DNA from: Felis catus
Taxonomy: Eukaryota
Reading direction: 5' to 3'
Assembly (NCBI RefSeq): GCF_018350175.1
Contig: NC_058382.1
Location: 60,080,001 to 60,144,000, forward strand
DNA: 64,000 nt
In this document: positions 24,298 through 38,000 of the stretch, piece by piece
How positions within the stretch are numbered: the first letter of the stretch is position 1
Layout of the letters: every line of letters begins with the position of its first letter
Notes under the pieces: generated by a model
Told to the model about the DNA's origin: nothing
The model's database searches: none
What the model saw: the letters and a program-made list of their open reading frames with translations, nothing else
Position numbers and translations under genes: made by a program

Positions 24298-27200
24298 AGA
24301 TTTAGTGATTGCTTAACAAAGAGTGTAAATTCTTGCTGTCTTTGCACTTGAGAATTCTTAAGAAACTTGAGTAATCCTTCTCATAAGATGTTGGGTACTC
24401 AGCTTTAATGGGGAGGGATGGTACTTGAGTTATAATTGGATTATTGTTGGAAATTGGCCTCATGAATGTTCCAAAGCCCGGTCAGTAACATGACTTATGT
24501 GGTAAATCTCTGGGATGTACTCGGTGGGGGGCAGCAGGGTAACATCTGGCGGGAGCAGTTCATTTGGGAAAGGTCGTCAGTCACGGCGCCAGGAAGGGGA
24601 CGGCTCCAGGGGCCGTGAAATACGACGGGTGCGGATTGCCGTGTTCACAGAACATCAGCCTGCATGTGTGAAGAAGGAAGTGGAGCCGGGAACGTTTCTC
24701 GAGGATCTATTTACATAATTTATTTTACAGAAACTTTTTTGAAACAAATTCTTCATGAGGTCATAACACTAAAAGCCAGCATATCGGCCGTCGTAAGTGG
24801 GCTCCCACAAGAGCGGGATCACAGGTTGGCGACCGATCCCGACGAGGTTAACGAGGACCGACCGGCGTTAAGGATGCCGGTGCGTCCTCGGGCGTGGCAG
24901 ACCGTGGCGGACGGGCCGCGCCGGGAGGCCGTTGCAGCACCTCGCCCCGCGTTCCAGAACGGGCAGCGCGTGACGCCTCCCGGAGACACCGCGTCTGTGC
25001 CCGGTGGTTCCCACTCTTCGGGGGCAAAGGGCCGAGGCGTCCTTGGTCTCCGCCGTGGTGGTCACGGGCGAGCTCGTGACGACTCGTGCTGAGTGGGGCA
25101 ACCTGGCCTGAGCCGGCAGCCTTGCCGTCCGGTCGGCGGTGTGCTCGTGTGGTTTCTGTGCGACGCGCTCACAGTGGCTCCGGTGCCAGAGACCGTTGGT
25201 TTTGTCCCTTTTCCGTAGTATCCTGTGTGTACCTCAGTCCTCTTGAGTTGCCTCTTTGAAAACCCCCAATTATCAATCTGTTTGTAGCTCACAGACGTCA
25301 CATCGCTCCCAAATGAGCACGGTTGTTCGGGCAACGGGTGCAAAGTCACCTGTGTCTGATGCCAGAATGGCAGGCGGGTCGTCCGTTCTCGTGGGTCGGT
25401 CGGAGGTCAGAGTGTCCTCAGCGCTCTTTGAGGGTGACGCATGTGACTAAGAGGCACAGTCGGAGCGTAAGCACCTGAATTTCAAGGATTTAGAAGTCGG
25501 TGCCAAGTTGTATCGTGAGTGACTCAGTGCTGGGAGGCCGGCCCGGCCGGGCACGTCTTGGAAAGCCTCGGTCGGCTCATGCCCGGGGCTGCTCTCGATG
25601 AGCACGGCCAGAGCCTGCGGGCCGGGCCACCGGGTCCTCGCCGCCCCTGCTCCACGCGGCAGCGTGGAGAAAGCCGCACACCATCGGTCAGTTTTAAAAG
25701 CAGCAGACCTTACTGGGCTTGTCCTCACTCCAGAGGCTGATGATGCTTGCTCCGGGAAGTGTCTGGCTCAGGACAGGGACGCGGCGAGTCGGGTGTGCTG
25801 GGCAGTGAGGGCCACAGGAGACGTATGAGCGCCGGGCTCCTGGAGCCTCTGAGGGATTCACCCTGTGGTGCCATTCCTGTTCGGAGCCGTGTCTTCCGTT
25901 GTACGCAGTACGTTGCTTTTGAAATTCATTAAATTTGCAGGCCTTAACAGAAGCCAGATGAAAGTTACTTTTTGGTCGAGGTGGAAAATACAGCCTGACA
26001 CCAGTCACGACTAGCAGTCTGTTCCCTGAAGTCTTGCCCGGAGATGGTGGAGGCTGACTTTGAACAAAGTTGATGTGAGGTTTGCTGTGACCGTGTCCCG
26101 TGTCTCTGAGAAACCCTGGGGCCCCTACTGAGTCACGGAGTGTTGCCTTCTTTTGTTTGTTCGCCGTCCTCGGGGTAGCGTCACTTCTCACGATGACGGA
26201 GAAGCAATTACGTGGCGTCTCAGTCACAGCCAACAGATGCCCGTGGCTATGGGCAGCCCTCCCCGAGGGTGTCGGGCCTCTGGGAGCATCACCGGGACCT
26301 ACAAGCGTGCCCCAGCAGCACGTTCACAGGAGGCGGGCACCGCTCCCTTGCCCTTCTCTCCATGGTGCTGCAGACACACGGGACTCCATGACTGAGACGT
26401 TTTTCGTGGCTGGCAGGCAGGACGGGCTGAACCGCGTTGTCTTTGGAAACAGGTGAGGTGGTGAGTTAGGGTTGGTTGGAGCGAGACGGCGTTTGGAGCA
26501 GCTGGTAACCACTTTCCCCGCCCCTGCCGCTTTGCGGTCACACACAGATGTTTGCGGCGACGCCCTGAGCGGAGAGCGCCCGAGCTGCAGTTGGCCGCGT
26601 GAAGTCGCGGCTCGCGTGAGTGCTGGGTCGGTGCCATCCGGGGAGAGAGCGTGTTCGGGCCTGGGCCCTGGGCACGCAGTGAGTTTGGCAAGGCTCACTG
26701 CCGTCACTGGAGGGGAGTGCGCGTGGTGGTCGGGCGCGTCTGTGCACACGTGTGCCAGCAAGTATTGAGAGGGAGCATGACGCCAGGTGGCCCTTTTCTC
26801 TCCGTTGAACCTGTACTATCGTGAGAATGTGGCAGCCGCTCGCGGCTTGGTGCTTTCTTCTGTTCGCCTTCCTGGTGGGGCTCAAGTAGACCTCAGAACA
26901 AATATTTGTACTCAAGTGTTTTAATGGCAAGAAAATTCAAGTTACTGCTCAGTTTTTCATTACGTTAGACTTTGCAGAAGTGCCAGCTAATTGCATGGAG
27001 AATTTAAATGATTGGAATAGAAGGCAAGTTTCTTTTTCTCATAATCTGCTAGTTTTTAAATAAAGCCAGCAGAACCTTTCTATTGTTACCGATGCCCAAA
27101 CTGACCAAGCTGTTTTGGTAAACTAAGTCCTCTATGGATCGTTAAAAGGTAAATTTCTTAGATATTTATGTGAAAGGACGTTTCATCTTGTTTTCCATTT

Positions 27201-27879
27201 GAAGGACCTGATTCATTGTCCTGGAGAGAAGCTGGAGTCCAGACCGGGTTCTCGCTCCCGCATTGGAAGTGGGTTAGGGCTGAGTGTTTCCAAGAGGGGG
27301 CGAAACTGAGTGTTTCCAAGAGGGGTCGGCCGGTATGACCCTGTGGAGGCGGGGGGCCCGAGCGTCTCCGGTGTCCTCTCTTCTTGCCGGGGGTCCTGGA
27401 GGTGCTGCCCAACGCCCCGACGACCACAGATGGTGACGGTGGAGCCCGGGGGTCCTTTCTCCCACTGGGGTGGGTCCCCTGCTTCCGTGGCAGTGATTTG
27501 TCATTTCTGTGTTGGGCAGCGTGACTTGGGCTGTAGACTTAGGCTTGACTTCTTGCTCTAGAGACCACGTGCCTGGGGCTCACAGAGTGCCTGGTGAAGT
27601 TAGGGGTGAATAGTTTGTAAATAGGTCGTAAAATGCCTTCTAAGAATTTTTGAGACGTTTGATTGGGATAAAATTTCCGGATAATTTCCTGTGTTATGCA
27701 AGAAATTTAAACTGTTATTTTCAGGAGTGATAGGAGGGTGGGGGGTAAGGGAAACTCATTTTTTAGAATAATTTACTTTTGGGGGGGGGAAGCATCATTT
27801 CTTGAAATAGTACTATAGGATTTTTTTTGAATGCCAAACCTTAATAATACACTTGGTACGTATCTTTAATTTTTTTATG

Positions 27880-28528
27880 GTTTTTTTATTTTTTTAATTA
27901 CTTTTTAAATTTACATCCAGGTCGGTTAGCATATGGTGCAACAGTGATTTCGGCAGTAGATTCCGGTGATCATCCCCTATGTGTAACACCCGGTGCTTCT
28001 CCCAAGTCCTTGATGCCCCTCCCCCAGTTAGCCCATCCCCCCTCCCACAGCCCCTCCAGCAACCTTCTGTTTCTTCTCTGTATTTAAGTATCTTATGGTT
28101 TGTCCCCCTCCCTGTTTTTATATTGTTTTTGCTCGCCTTCCCTTATCTTCATCTGTTTTGTCTCTTAAAGTCCTCATATGAATGAAGTCCTGTGATATTT
28201 GTCTTTGACTAATTTCACTTAGCATGATACCCTCCAGTTCCATCCACATAGTTGCAAATGGCAAGGTTTCCTTCTTTTCGATTGCCAGGTAATACTCCAT
28301 CGTATATGTAAACCGCATCTTCTTTACCCATTCATCTGCCGATGGACATTTGGGCTCTTTCTATACTTTGGCTGTTGTCGATAGTGCTGCTGTAAACATT
28401 GGGGTGCACGTGCCCCTTCGAATCAGCACACCTCTATCCCTTGAATAAATACCTAGTCGTGCAATTGCTAGGTCGTAGGGCAGTTCTCTTTTTAATTTTT
28501 TGAGGACCCTCAAAACTGTTTTCTAGAG
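27880..28528 (-). mobile_element. 5'-truncated carnivore/felid L1: ORF2 C-terminus, 3' UTR and poly-A
   Basis: Minus-strand ORF 28118..28318 reads YTMEYYLAIEKKETLPFATMWMELEGIMLSEISQ, the L1 ORF2p C-terminus; T-rich tail on the left. Confidence 0.9.
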
Positions 28529-28893
28529 GAATTTAAACCGACATCTTTCATCCTCCAGAGTATTCTGGTAGCATTTCCAGAAACCCGTGTGCTTGGCATG
28601 GAGGACAGGTGTTTTTGCTGATAGGTGTCAGCAGGGAGTGGGGAGCCCTTGCTAGAACGGAAGCCAACTTCCTGTGAGGGCCTGGTGAGGAGACCGCCCG
28701 CCCCCCGCGTCCACCCTGGCCGTTGTTCCAGCATCGCGATTCTCCTGGTGGCGTTGGCGTCCTCGGCTGAGGACGTGCCCTTCAGTGTTCTCTTCTGTGG
28801 CGCTCTTAGCAGAGGCCAGTTGCTGAGGACAGACTCATTGCTGATGAATTAGTCTTACGATTAATCATGTCTGACGTGAAAAAGATGAGGCTT

Positions 28894-29124
28894 GGGGCGC
28901 CTGGGTGGCGCAGTCAGTTAAGCGTCCGACTTCAGCTCAGGTCACGATCTCACGGTCCGTGAGTTCAAGCCCCGCGTCGGGCTCTGGGCTGATGGCTCAG
29001 AGCCTGGGGCCTGTTTCCGATTCTGTGTCTCCCTCTCTCTCTGCCCCTCCCCCGTTCATGCTCTGTCTCTCTCTGTCCCAAAAATAAATAAACGTTGAAA
29101 AAAAAAAATTAAAAAAAAAAAAAA
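28894..29124 (+). mobile_element. Young SINEC_Fc
   Basis: Near-consensus ggggcgcctgggtggcgcagtcagttaagcgtccgacttc...; long A tail; flanks aaaaagatgaggctt and aaaagaggctt. Confidence 0.94.
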
Positions 29125-30044
29125 GAGGCTTAGCTTTGACGTGTAACTTTGTTCGCTCATTTAGCATCACGTCTTGCCTTCGGAGAGTTGGAATCTTTTT
29201 GAAAATACTTGATTTACACGTTTGTCACAGTGTCGGTTTGTTGATGTTTTTCTTTGTTGTTCTGGAACCACGAGGCTGTCCAGTTGGGTGCCGTTTGGAA
29301 GAATCGTCTTTTGCATGACACTGTTTCAGCGCCAGGGCCAGAGTACAGGGTTTGGACGAGGTGAGGTGCTCTTGGCACAGGCGGGCAGGTGTCGGAGGCC
29401 CCGTGCTAAGGGGCTTCTGATTCGTGGGGCCGTGGGGCCGGTGGAAGGCCTCACGGCGTAGATGGCACGGCTCTGGTGGAGGAAGACACTCCCCTGAGGT
29501 GGGGACCGAGGGGCGGGCTGGGTGTGCAGGGCAGCCTGGAAGGAAGCTGGTTCTCAGGGCTGGAGTGAGTGCTGCGGTTCAGGGGGTATTTGCAGAGACC
29601 CGAGCTGCTCGTCCTTGACTGAGTCACGTCCTGCGCGTCCCAGGCACGCGGTCTTGGTATCAGCCCGACGAGATGTGGGTGACTGTTGGGAAGACAGCCC
29701 TGAGCCCTTGTCCAGCGTTTACGTTGCTCTGACAACATTACGTAAACATGGGGTGCTTGCTCAGCACAGTCACGTTACCCGTTCCCGAGAAAGGCTGCAG
29801 CAATCTTGGGCAGCGTTGCTTGTGCCAGCCCACGGGGGGTGTCTGTGGTGGTCGGGGAGGCAGGTGCGGCCTGGCTCTGTGCCCCTCATGGCTCAGGATG
29901 CTGCCACCCTTCCCTGTGGGCTCATAGGGGTCCTCCTGTTCAAACACTCAGGTCCAACAAAGATGTCATTAGACGTCAGTCACCTTGGGTTTGACGGTAT
30001 TCACAGTTAAGTCAGCAGCAAGGGCTTGCAGTGCAGAAGGTTTC

Positions 30045-30255
30045 TTTGTTTTAAGCTTATTTTGAGAGAGAGAGAGCAGCTCGCAAGCCCTCGGGAGCCA
30101 GGAAGGAACAGAGAGAGGGGGAGAGAGAGGATCCCAAGCAGGCTCTGCGCTGTCAGCGCATGGCTCGATATCAGGCTTGAACTCACAAACCGTGAGGTGT
30201 GACCTGAGCCGGAAGCCAGTTCGACGCTAAACTGACTGAGCCACCGAGGTGCCCC
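30045..30255 (-). mobile_element. CanSINE
   Basis: Typical body ending gaggtgcccc; aaggtttc on both flanks. Confidence 0.87.
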
Positions 30256-33200
30256 GAAAGGTTTCAACACGGTAGTTCCTGTACTGAGACGTGTTCTCGA
30301 GCTGGCGAGTAACCTCATCAGTGGCCAAAGGGGTCCTTCTGTCGTCCCGTCCACTCCCAGTGTCCCCTATCTGTCAGTTCTCAGCAACGTCGGGTCACTC
30401 CCCCATCTCTGTTCTCCCTCCCTCCTTCCCCTACTTGCTTTGTGCCTTGACCTGACTGCTGCAGGTGGAGGGAAGTCCTTCCACTCTGTGGTGTAATCGC
30501 AACTGGGTTCACTGGGGGTTTCGATACTGACCATTAGACCCCGTGCCAGGCGTGGAGTTGCCCAGTAGGGATTTTTAGATGTAAATACCCTAGATGTTCG
30601 AGCCTTCGTGGCATCTCGGATACGACCTCGAGACCGCCCCGCGAGTCCCGTCCGTCTGCATGTAGATGACGTGCCAGCCTTTCTGTACGCGGGCCGAGTG
30701 TGGTAGTAGCTGAGTGATGCTCACAAACGTGCATCTGCTGAGCATGTGCCCACGGCTCTGCTCCCTCACTCGTAAACCCCTGGTGTCTCTGAGAGATGAC
30801 GCTGGCTACTCATCGCTCATTCTCAGTTCCAGCGGCCAAGATCGGTGATTTGTTTTTTGCCCTTCGCTAAAGCCAGGAGCCTCGCCTCAGCCGCCCTAAG
30901 TGGTGCTCCGGCCGCCGCTCGGCCCCCGGTGGTGACGTGGGCGTCTCGACAGGGTTGCCGAGCCTCGCCTGGTGCTGGTGCACACCTCCGGGTTCAGGAG
31001 CTCAGCTGGGAGAGGCTCCTGCAAAGGGGCAGGGTGGAGGCATGGGTCACAGACGGGCTCTCTACTTGCTCCGCTCCAGGCTTTTGGCAAAGCAGGGCCG
31101 GGCTGGTTGCCCTTCATGGGGACGTTTTCTGTTTCGGGGAGGTCGGAATGTAAACATTGGGACATTTCAAAATAAAGCTCGTGAGAAATGTTGAAGCAGC
31201 GATAACCGTGGCTGCGACGTGACTTACGGCCCGCTTGTCAGAAAGCTGGTGTCCCTCTTCTGTCCCAGGCTCCCAGAGGGAGGTTGCGGCTCTCCCTGTA
31301 AACGCCCCTGCCGTCCCACGGTGGCCTGTTTGTGCAGGGGCTCTCTCCCACACCTCAGCTAGCTTCCGTGTCAGCGTCAGAAGAGCTGGTCTGGAAAGCC
31401 GTCAGGTTTCCCGGCAGTTCTGATCATAAGCGGAGCTTCTTCTGCCAAAGGTTGAGGCTCCTTTGAGTTGAAGTTTGACAGTCAGGGTGCCCTTTCACAC
31501 GCAGTCTAGGTCACTCCTGCAACGACTGGAAGGAATCTGTGCCTGAGCAAAGCCACCGCCCCTTGCTAAGGGTCTGGCTCGGAAGCCAGCCTGGCCGAGA
31601 GCCTGGTCTCTGCCCCACCGTGTCCTCCCCGGTCCCGGGGGGGGGGGGAGCTGGATCTGATCTGCATCTGGCACACCGCCGGGGGCGAGGTTTCCCCTTC
31701 CGGATGGGAGGGGCGCTGGCCACCCCACTGCCCGCCCCCTTCCCTCTCCCCGAGCCGTGGGCCTGTCTCCCCGCCATCGCGGTGGCCGGCCTTCCCCCGC
31801 GCGAACGCTGAGCTCTGGGCGTTTGCATGTCACATCACCCTTGAGAAAGCCCAAGTCTGGGGCTTGTAACGATTTTCAGTTTGCAGAGGCACAGACGAGT
31901 TGCTTGCACGAGAGGCCGGGAGCTCCGTCGTCTGCTGGTCCTGGAGCCCTTCCTCGCGGAGCTCTCTCGCGGGCGAGGTGGCCAGAGAGAAGACTGGGCG
32001 GCTCGCCGGGGTAGCCAGCCTGGGTGTGGGGAGACCTGGAAGAGCTAACGAATCCAGAGCGTTTGACGCCATGTGGAGCGGTGCCTCTCTCCAGACCTGG
32101 TCAAGGGTGTCGGGTCTGCTGGAGTCAGAGGGCAGGTGTCAGCAGCGCACGCGGCCCCTTGGCTATCCGGGTCCCAGAGACCTGCAGCTCCCCAGGCACC
32201 AGACCCCGTCCCTCCTGTGTGCCCTGCTCCTGCAGTCAAGCGAGACTCGGGGCTTTTCGTTACGTAAAACGGTACTTTTGAGATTTTAAGGTCACGAATG
32301 GCGCAGTTTTCAGGATTAAGGAAAGCACGTGTGGCAGGGAACGAAGTTTCCACAAGGAGAGGAAAAAGGTCACAGTGCTCTGAATAGGAGGTCAGGGGAA
32401 GGTGCTCTCCAGTGATAGACTTCCAGCTTCACTGCTGGGAGGTCAAAGGTGGGAAGGGAGAGGGGTGGGGGTGGGGGAGGTCCACAGAACAGGACGGGGG
32501 AGCCCCAAGCCCTCACGGAAGGGCTCCACAGTGAGAGTACGGGCCGGTCTGCGCAGCCCTGGAGCCCCTTGTCCCCCCGAGCTGGCCGGCTGCCTCCCCC
32601 GCGGTGCAGGGCAGCAGACCCGTTTTCTCACGTGGGACGTGCCTGGCTTCCACGCGCTTCTTCTCAGAGCGCTTCCAGGGCTGTGCGTGGGTTCTTGTCG
32701 CCCCAGAGGCCGGTGGGCTCCAGGTGGCTGTCCTGCTGCTGGAACCCGAGGGAGCCCCCCTCCCCGACCCCTGACACTAACACTCCCGGGACCACTCTTG
32801 CTTGCTGTCCTTCCGGGCGCCAGCAGGCCGAAAATAAGCACGGTGTTTAGAAGTCGCTGGTGAAGCTCCCCTGCGGCAGTTGTGGAGGGAATCGGTTGGA
32901 GGCTAGAGCTCGTTTGGCGTCCCCGTTTCCGGACACTGAGACCCAGGTGTCGGGTCTGGGCGGCACCTCGGCCGGCGCTGCGGGGCCTTCTGCCACCAGA
33001 CTCGCGAGGGCTGTGGGCAGCCCCGTCTCCCCGGCTGCAGACCGGGTGACGGCGCACGGCGCTCTGCGTTCTGTGTGCTTTTCACTGAGGTCGTGGGGCC
33101 AGCCTGGCCCCAGGGAAGCCCGACTGGAAGGCAGTGGGGTGTTTACGGGTCGCAGCGTTACATCTTGTCTCCGAGATGGATCGCTGGAAACCGCGGCGGC

Positions 33201-33420
33201 TCTTTGGGAAACGACGCGCTGGTTTCTGGTCAGCTGTAGGTGTCCACACCTCTCCTTTGTGACCTTGGGGGTCGCCCCGGGGCTCTTGGCCGTGCTCTGG
33301 AAGTTGGGAGAGCAGTTCGCCAACAGCCCCCAGGGAGGATCCTTCTCGAGCGCGTTTGAGTTGAGCACGGGGCGCTTTGGACTCGTGAGCTTACGTGAGA
33401 CTGTGTCCTGTCTCTCCCAG

Positions 33421-33660
33421 AGGACTACCCCAACGGCACCTGGCTGGGCGACGAGAACAACCCGGAGATGCGGGTGCGCTGTGCCATCATCCCGTCCGAC
33501 ATGCTCCACATCAGCACCAACTGCCGCACCGCCGAGAAGATGGCGCTGACGCTGCTGGACTACCTCTTCCACCGGGAGGTGCAGGCCGTGTCCAACCTCT
33601 CGGGCCAGGGCAAGCACGGCAAGAAGCAGCTCGACCCCCTCACCATCTACGGGATCCGGT
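33421..33660 (+). CDS. BANP: BANP coding exon, 240 nt, N-terminal part of the BEN domain: (E)DYPNGTWLGDENNPEMRVRCAIIPSDMLHISTNCRTAEKMALTLLDYLFHREVQAVSNLSGQGKHGKKQLDPLTIYGIR(C)
   Basis: Acceptor tgtctctcccAG (33419-20); donor GTAAGT at 33661; strong GC3 codon bias; peptide matches the recalled BANP BEN domain. Confidence 0.96.
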
Positions 33661-34917
33661 GTAAGTGTGGCCTTTGTCTCCGCTCACCTCCGCTGGTGCC
33701 TGGTCGCGGGAAGGGTCTGGCTGAGGGCGGGTCGTATAAGGTAGCATCTCGGGGCCGAGTCTGGACCCACACTGTTGGCCCGAGAGGATGCTGGCCTCGG
33801 CACTAGTCGCGGAGCCGGGAGAGGAACTTCCGGATGGAGCGTCTCCTTTAGTGAACATCGCCGGTGCCTGCCCGTGGGAAGGACCGGGGGCGCACGGGCC
33901 TTTCAGACCCTGGCCTCGCCGGTCCTCAGGCCGTCCCGAGGCCTGGAGAGGAGCAGAGCCAGAGCCTTCCCCATCCTCTGCTGACCGCGGCCTTTCCCTG
34001 GCTTCCCCCTGGCGTGAGCAGGGTGCTGTCTCCCTCTTCCCTTTCCAAGAGGGCTGTTGATGGGCTGACCTCCCGACCGTAGCCGGCGGAGCTCATGGTG
34101 CTGGTCCTGATATCCTCACGGCCTGTGTGGTGCGCCTCCTCTTTGAAGAGGGCCCCGTGCTCAAGTCAGTGATCCCTGTGTACCATTGGTGACATTTAAG
34201 GGGTGCGAGTGGCCCTGCGGGTGGCCCATATCCTTATCGGCAGCACCCGCTTGCCTCTCACCCCTGGGCTCGTCTGATCCACAAGGCCCGTCCGACTCCG
34301 GGACGCGTTGACGTGGCTTATGATATAGACACAAAATGAAGCAGAAAGACACGAGACGCGAGACTTCTAACAGAAAGGCTGGGTAGCCGCGTGTGAGACC
34401 CAGGTTCTGGAGGGCCACTGTGCTTGAATGTGAGGTTTAAGTCTCATCTAGCAAAGGGCGGGGAAGTGAGTGAGTTACCTGGAACTCACTATCTCAGACC
34501 AGGGAAGGGTGCTGTCCCACCAGGAAGGAGTCGTTTTTGTCACAGGAAACTCTCTGACGTCGATCCATGAGCCTTCTGTTGGGGACAGAGAGAAACAGAA
34601 AGACTTTTTCCATAGTTGTTGTAAGAATAGCAGGTATGTTTTTACCTGTTCTCTTATACTTTAGATTAAAACTGAGCGTTTTTTCCTGACTGTAGATCTT
34701 CCTGGCAGCCGCTAAGAAACAGAACCCAGGTCCCTCTTAACACTACAGCGGCTCGTCGCCATGGTGTCCCCATTTGTTGGCCCTCCGCTTTCTGCCTCTC
34801 CCGTCTGACCCGCTAGGGGTGTCTGTCACGGATCCTGAGAACCCTCCCTGGTACTCTTCTGAGAGGCCGTTCGTGTAACCAGCCGACGTCAGCCCCCGAG
34901 GTGGGGCGAGAGCGGTT

Positions 34918-35090
34918 CACGGTCGGCGGCGGACTTTTCCTGAGGGCCAGGCTCTGTGGGCCGCGGGGTCTCTTGGAACCGCTCCGCCCTGGAAGTGGCC
35001 ACTGACAAAACAAGTAGGCCCGGCTGTGTTCCAACAAAACGGTATTTTTCAACAGCGGGCGGTGGGCTGCCGCCGTCCGCCAGCCCCCGG
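34918..35090. mobile_element. MER58A-like (hAT-Charlie) remnant
   Basis: ggtcggc...ttttcctgagggccagg...ctgtgggccg...ggtctct...ggctgtgttccaacaaaac...tatt...gggcggtgggc resembles recalled MER58A. Confidence 0.55.
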
Positions 35091-38000
35091 TCTGGAGCGT
35101 GATGCCAGCTGGGACCCTCCGGTGTGCCTGCGCCACTCTGGTCTCTGGGCACGTGGTGTGTGTGCAGCCCGAGGACTCGTGCTGGCATGTCGACAGGCCG
35201 CCATGGGGTGGTGTGTGACCCTGTGACCCATAGTGCCCTGTGTGGCGGGTTTGTGAAGGTGAGGGAGCCGTGGTCCCCGATTCCCGATGGCTCTGCGGGC
35301 CGTCAGGTGTTTGTAAATGGCCACGGCCCTGACAGTGTGTCAGGGGCTTGGAAGGGGAGCCCTGATGGAGAGGCTCCGTCTGTGGCCTGGACCGGGCCCA
35401 GGGCTGCGTGGGCACAGTGGCCTCTGGTTGGGGGGCTGCTCTTCCCATGGGGAGTCGACAGGGCTCCTAGGACCTGAGGCTGGAGGGTGGTTGCCTCTTA
35501 TTTGGAGACGTGCCTTGGAGCATCAGTCCAAGGAGTACGGGCTCCCTGTGTGCAGGCCGTGAAGTGCAGGTTATTAGGCAGAGGTTTGGAGAAGGTTCCC
35601 TGGAGGTGGTGGGGAAGCCGGGGCGGGGGGGGGCCCAGAGCAGAAGCACGTGGCGGTGGGGCCAGTGTGCTGGTGCCCAGGGAGACTGTGTGTGTGGTGG
35701 GGGGGGGGGGGATTCATGCTGCATCAGCCAGACAGGCCGGTTCTGTTCCTGTGTGTGGGAGCTGGGCTCTCCCATGAGCCCTCCACCATCTGGGAAACTG
35801 AGCTGTCTTCCTGGGGCATCAGGAGGCGCGAGATGCTGGCATCTGCCGCGCAGTAGGGGCTCAGCACGGGAGCTGTCCGTTTCCCCCGGCCTCGCAGGTT
35901 CAGGGCACGTCCCCTGGGAGGTTGGGGCGTCCTCTGCGCTCACCAGCTGTGGTACCACATGCACCCATGCCAGCCGGACGAGCCGAGCCCTCTCCCAGAA
36001 GGTAGCACAGCCCCAGACGGCCTCTCCTTGTGAGCTCCTGGGGGATGGAAATGTGCCCGCATCCGTACCTGGCATCCGTGCCTGTGGTGCCCGGTACCGC
36101 GGAGACACGCGGTAGTGCGGGTTGTGAAACTGCTCTGGGTGGGGGGGGGCGCCTAGCAGGGTGACTTCAGGGAGACTGAAGAAGGATGGTGTCGTAGCGG
36201 GGCTGTGTTGAGAGACTAACACAGGGGTACGGCCCAGGTTGCAGCAGTAGAAGCAGAGGGGGGCAGACAGACTCCAGGAGTTCTGGAGACACGAGCAAGG
36301 CTTGGCTGAACCGAGACCCAGGAGGTCAGATCGCCCGATTTCTCTGCAGCAGAGGACCGATTGACCGTCAGAAACTTCTGAGTTGCCAGCACAGTGGTTG
36401 TATTTGCTTCGAAGCCAGGTGGTGGGGGTCCGTGTTTCAGCGGGAGACCGGCCTGCCCGCGTGTTCCTGTGGGGGCCCGAGGAAGAGTTCTGGGGTGCCG
36501 GGCTGTCCGGGCGCCGGCGGAGCGCCGCCACAGACGGCTGCTTTGTGCGAGCAGCCACACTTGGCCTGTTTCTTTCCCAGGCCGGGGCGGCCTGCGGGTG
36601 TCCGTGAAGTGGGAGGGGTCCCTGACCCCGACTACGTGTGTTCGCTGTTTTTTCACATGTGATTTGCACAGAATGAAGGAGTGGCTTTTCAAAAGGAAAA
36701 CAGTCCCCCGCGCTCAGTTGTGAGAGACCGTCCACAAGGAGCCTTCCTGGAGCCGTGGGGCCTGCCCTCACCGACTCCCTCCCTCCGACGAGGTCTGTTG
36801 AGAGAGCAGGCGAGGAGTCGCCTGGAACTAGGCTGGAACTAGCCATCTAACCGTGGCTCTGAGCTTGTGGCCCCATCCACCACGTGCAGCCTGCGTTCTC
36901 AGCTTCCCAGCCAGAGGAGCAAGAGGGGCGCGGGCTCGGGGCCCGGAGCCCTGCAGACCCTGGGGCCGGCTGCACCTTTGCTGTGGGCGGGCAGGCAGGC
37001 GGGATGTGGCCCTTGTGAGAGCCCGGCTCCGTCACACGTGCCTGGAGCAGGTGAGGGTGGAAGCGGGGTGTCGGGGGGCCTGGGCGGAGCTCGAGGAGTG
37101 GCTGGGTGGGAGGGCGGGCTGCCTCGTCTCATCGCACACCCACCTGCCTGCCGGCTCCTCCCATCGCGAAGCCTGGGCTTTCCCCTCGGCCCCTGGTGGC
37201 CGGGGCACAGTCCTAGGCTGAAGGGGCACAGGCAGGCTGGGTTTGAGTCAGGACTCCGGAGGGTTGACCGCATGGCTTTGAGCCAGTCCCATGTGCCCCG
37301 TCACGCGTACTCGGACAGCAGCCCGCAAGGGGGCGGGGGCACCATCTACGCACACTAGGCCCCTGTCGTCGTCGTCTCCCCGCAGCCCGTCCTGGACTTC
37401 CTGTGAGAAGCTGTTCACCGGGTGAGGGGCCCTCTCAGTGGGAACCTTTAGATGTGATTTTGAGGTGTTAAAATAGTTGTTGATTTTTTCTAACTTTGGG
37501 CCGGTTCAAATTGTTGCACAAGAACCAGAACACAACAGGTGAAGCAGCGGATCGGACTGCCGAGGGCCGAGTGGCGAGAGTGGCTCGGTGGCTTTGTCGC
37601 GCCCGCCTCTGTTTTCAGCTTCCCGCAGACCCGGGAACCTCGCTCACAGCTTCCAGAACGCGACAGCTGCTGCTGCCAAGTGCAGTCATCACGGAGAGGA
37701 TTCTCATCTAAATTTCCCCTTTTTGTTTGTCAGCAGAAGTAGTTTTCTCCCTTTACTTTCTCTGGGGAAAAGGAATTCTGAAACATCCGTAGGCCGTGTG
37801 TCTGAGAACCGCTTTTCTAATGAGGGAATGTGCGTTTTCGGGAGGGAAGCGGTGCCTAAAATACTCCCTGAGAAATACACGCTTTTCAGGGTGCAGCTTT
37901 AGGGCTCCCACGGATTGGAGGGCTCCCTCAGACTCGGCTAAGCTAGCCGTACAGGTCGTGTGCCGTGTGTACAAGCAGCACGTTACCACAGCCGTAAACG

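Noticed and set aside
35467..36846. 459-aa minus-strand ORF
   Set aside because: Pro/Ser/Arg/Ala-rich with no recognisable domain, antisense within a very GC-rich intron where stop codons are scarce, and no evident codon bias. Most likely spurious.
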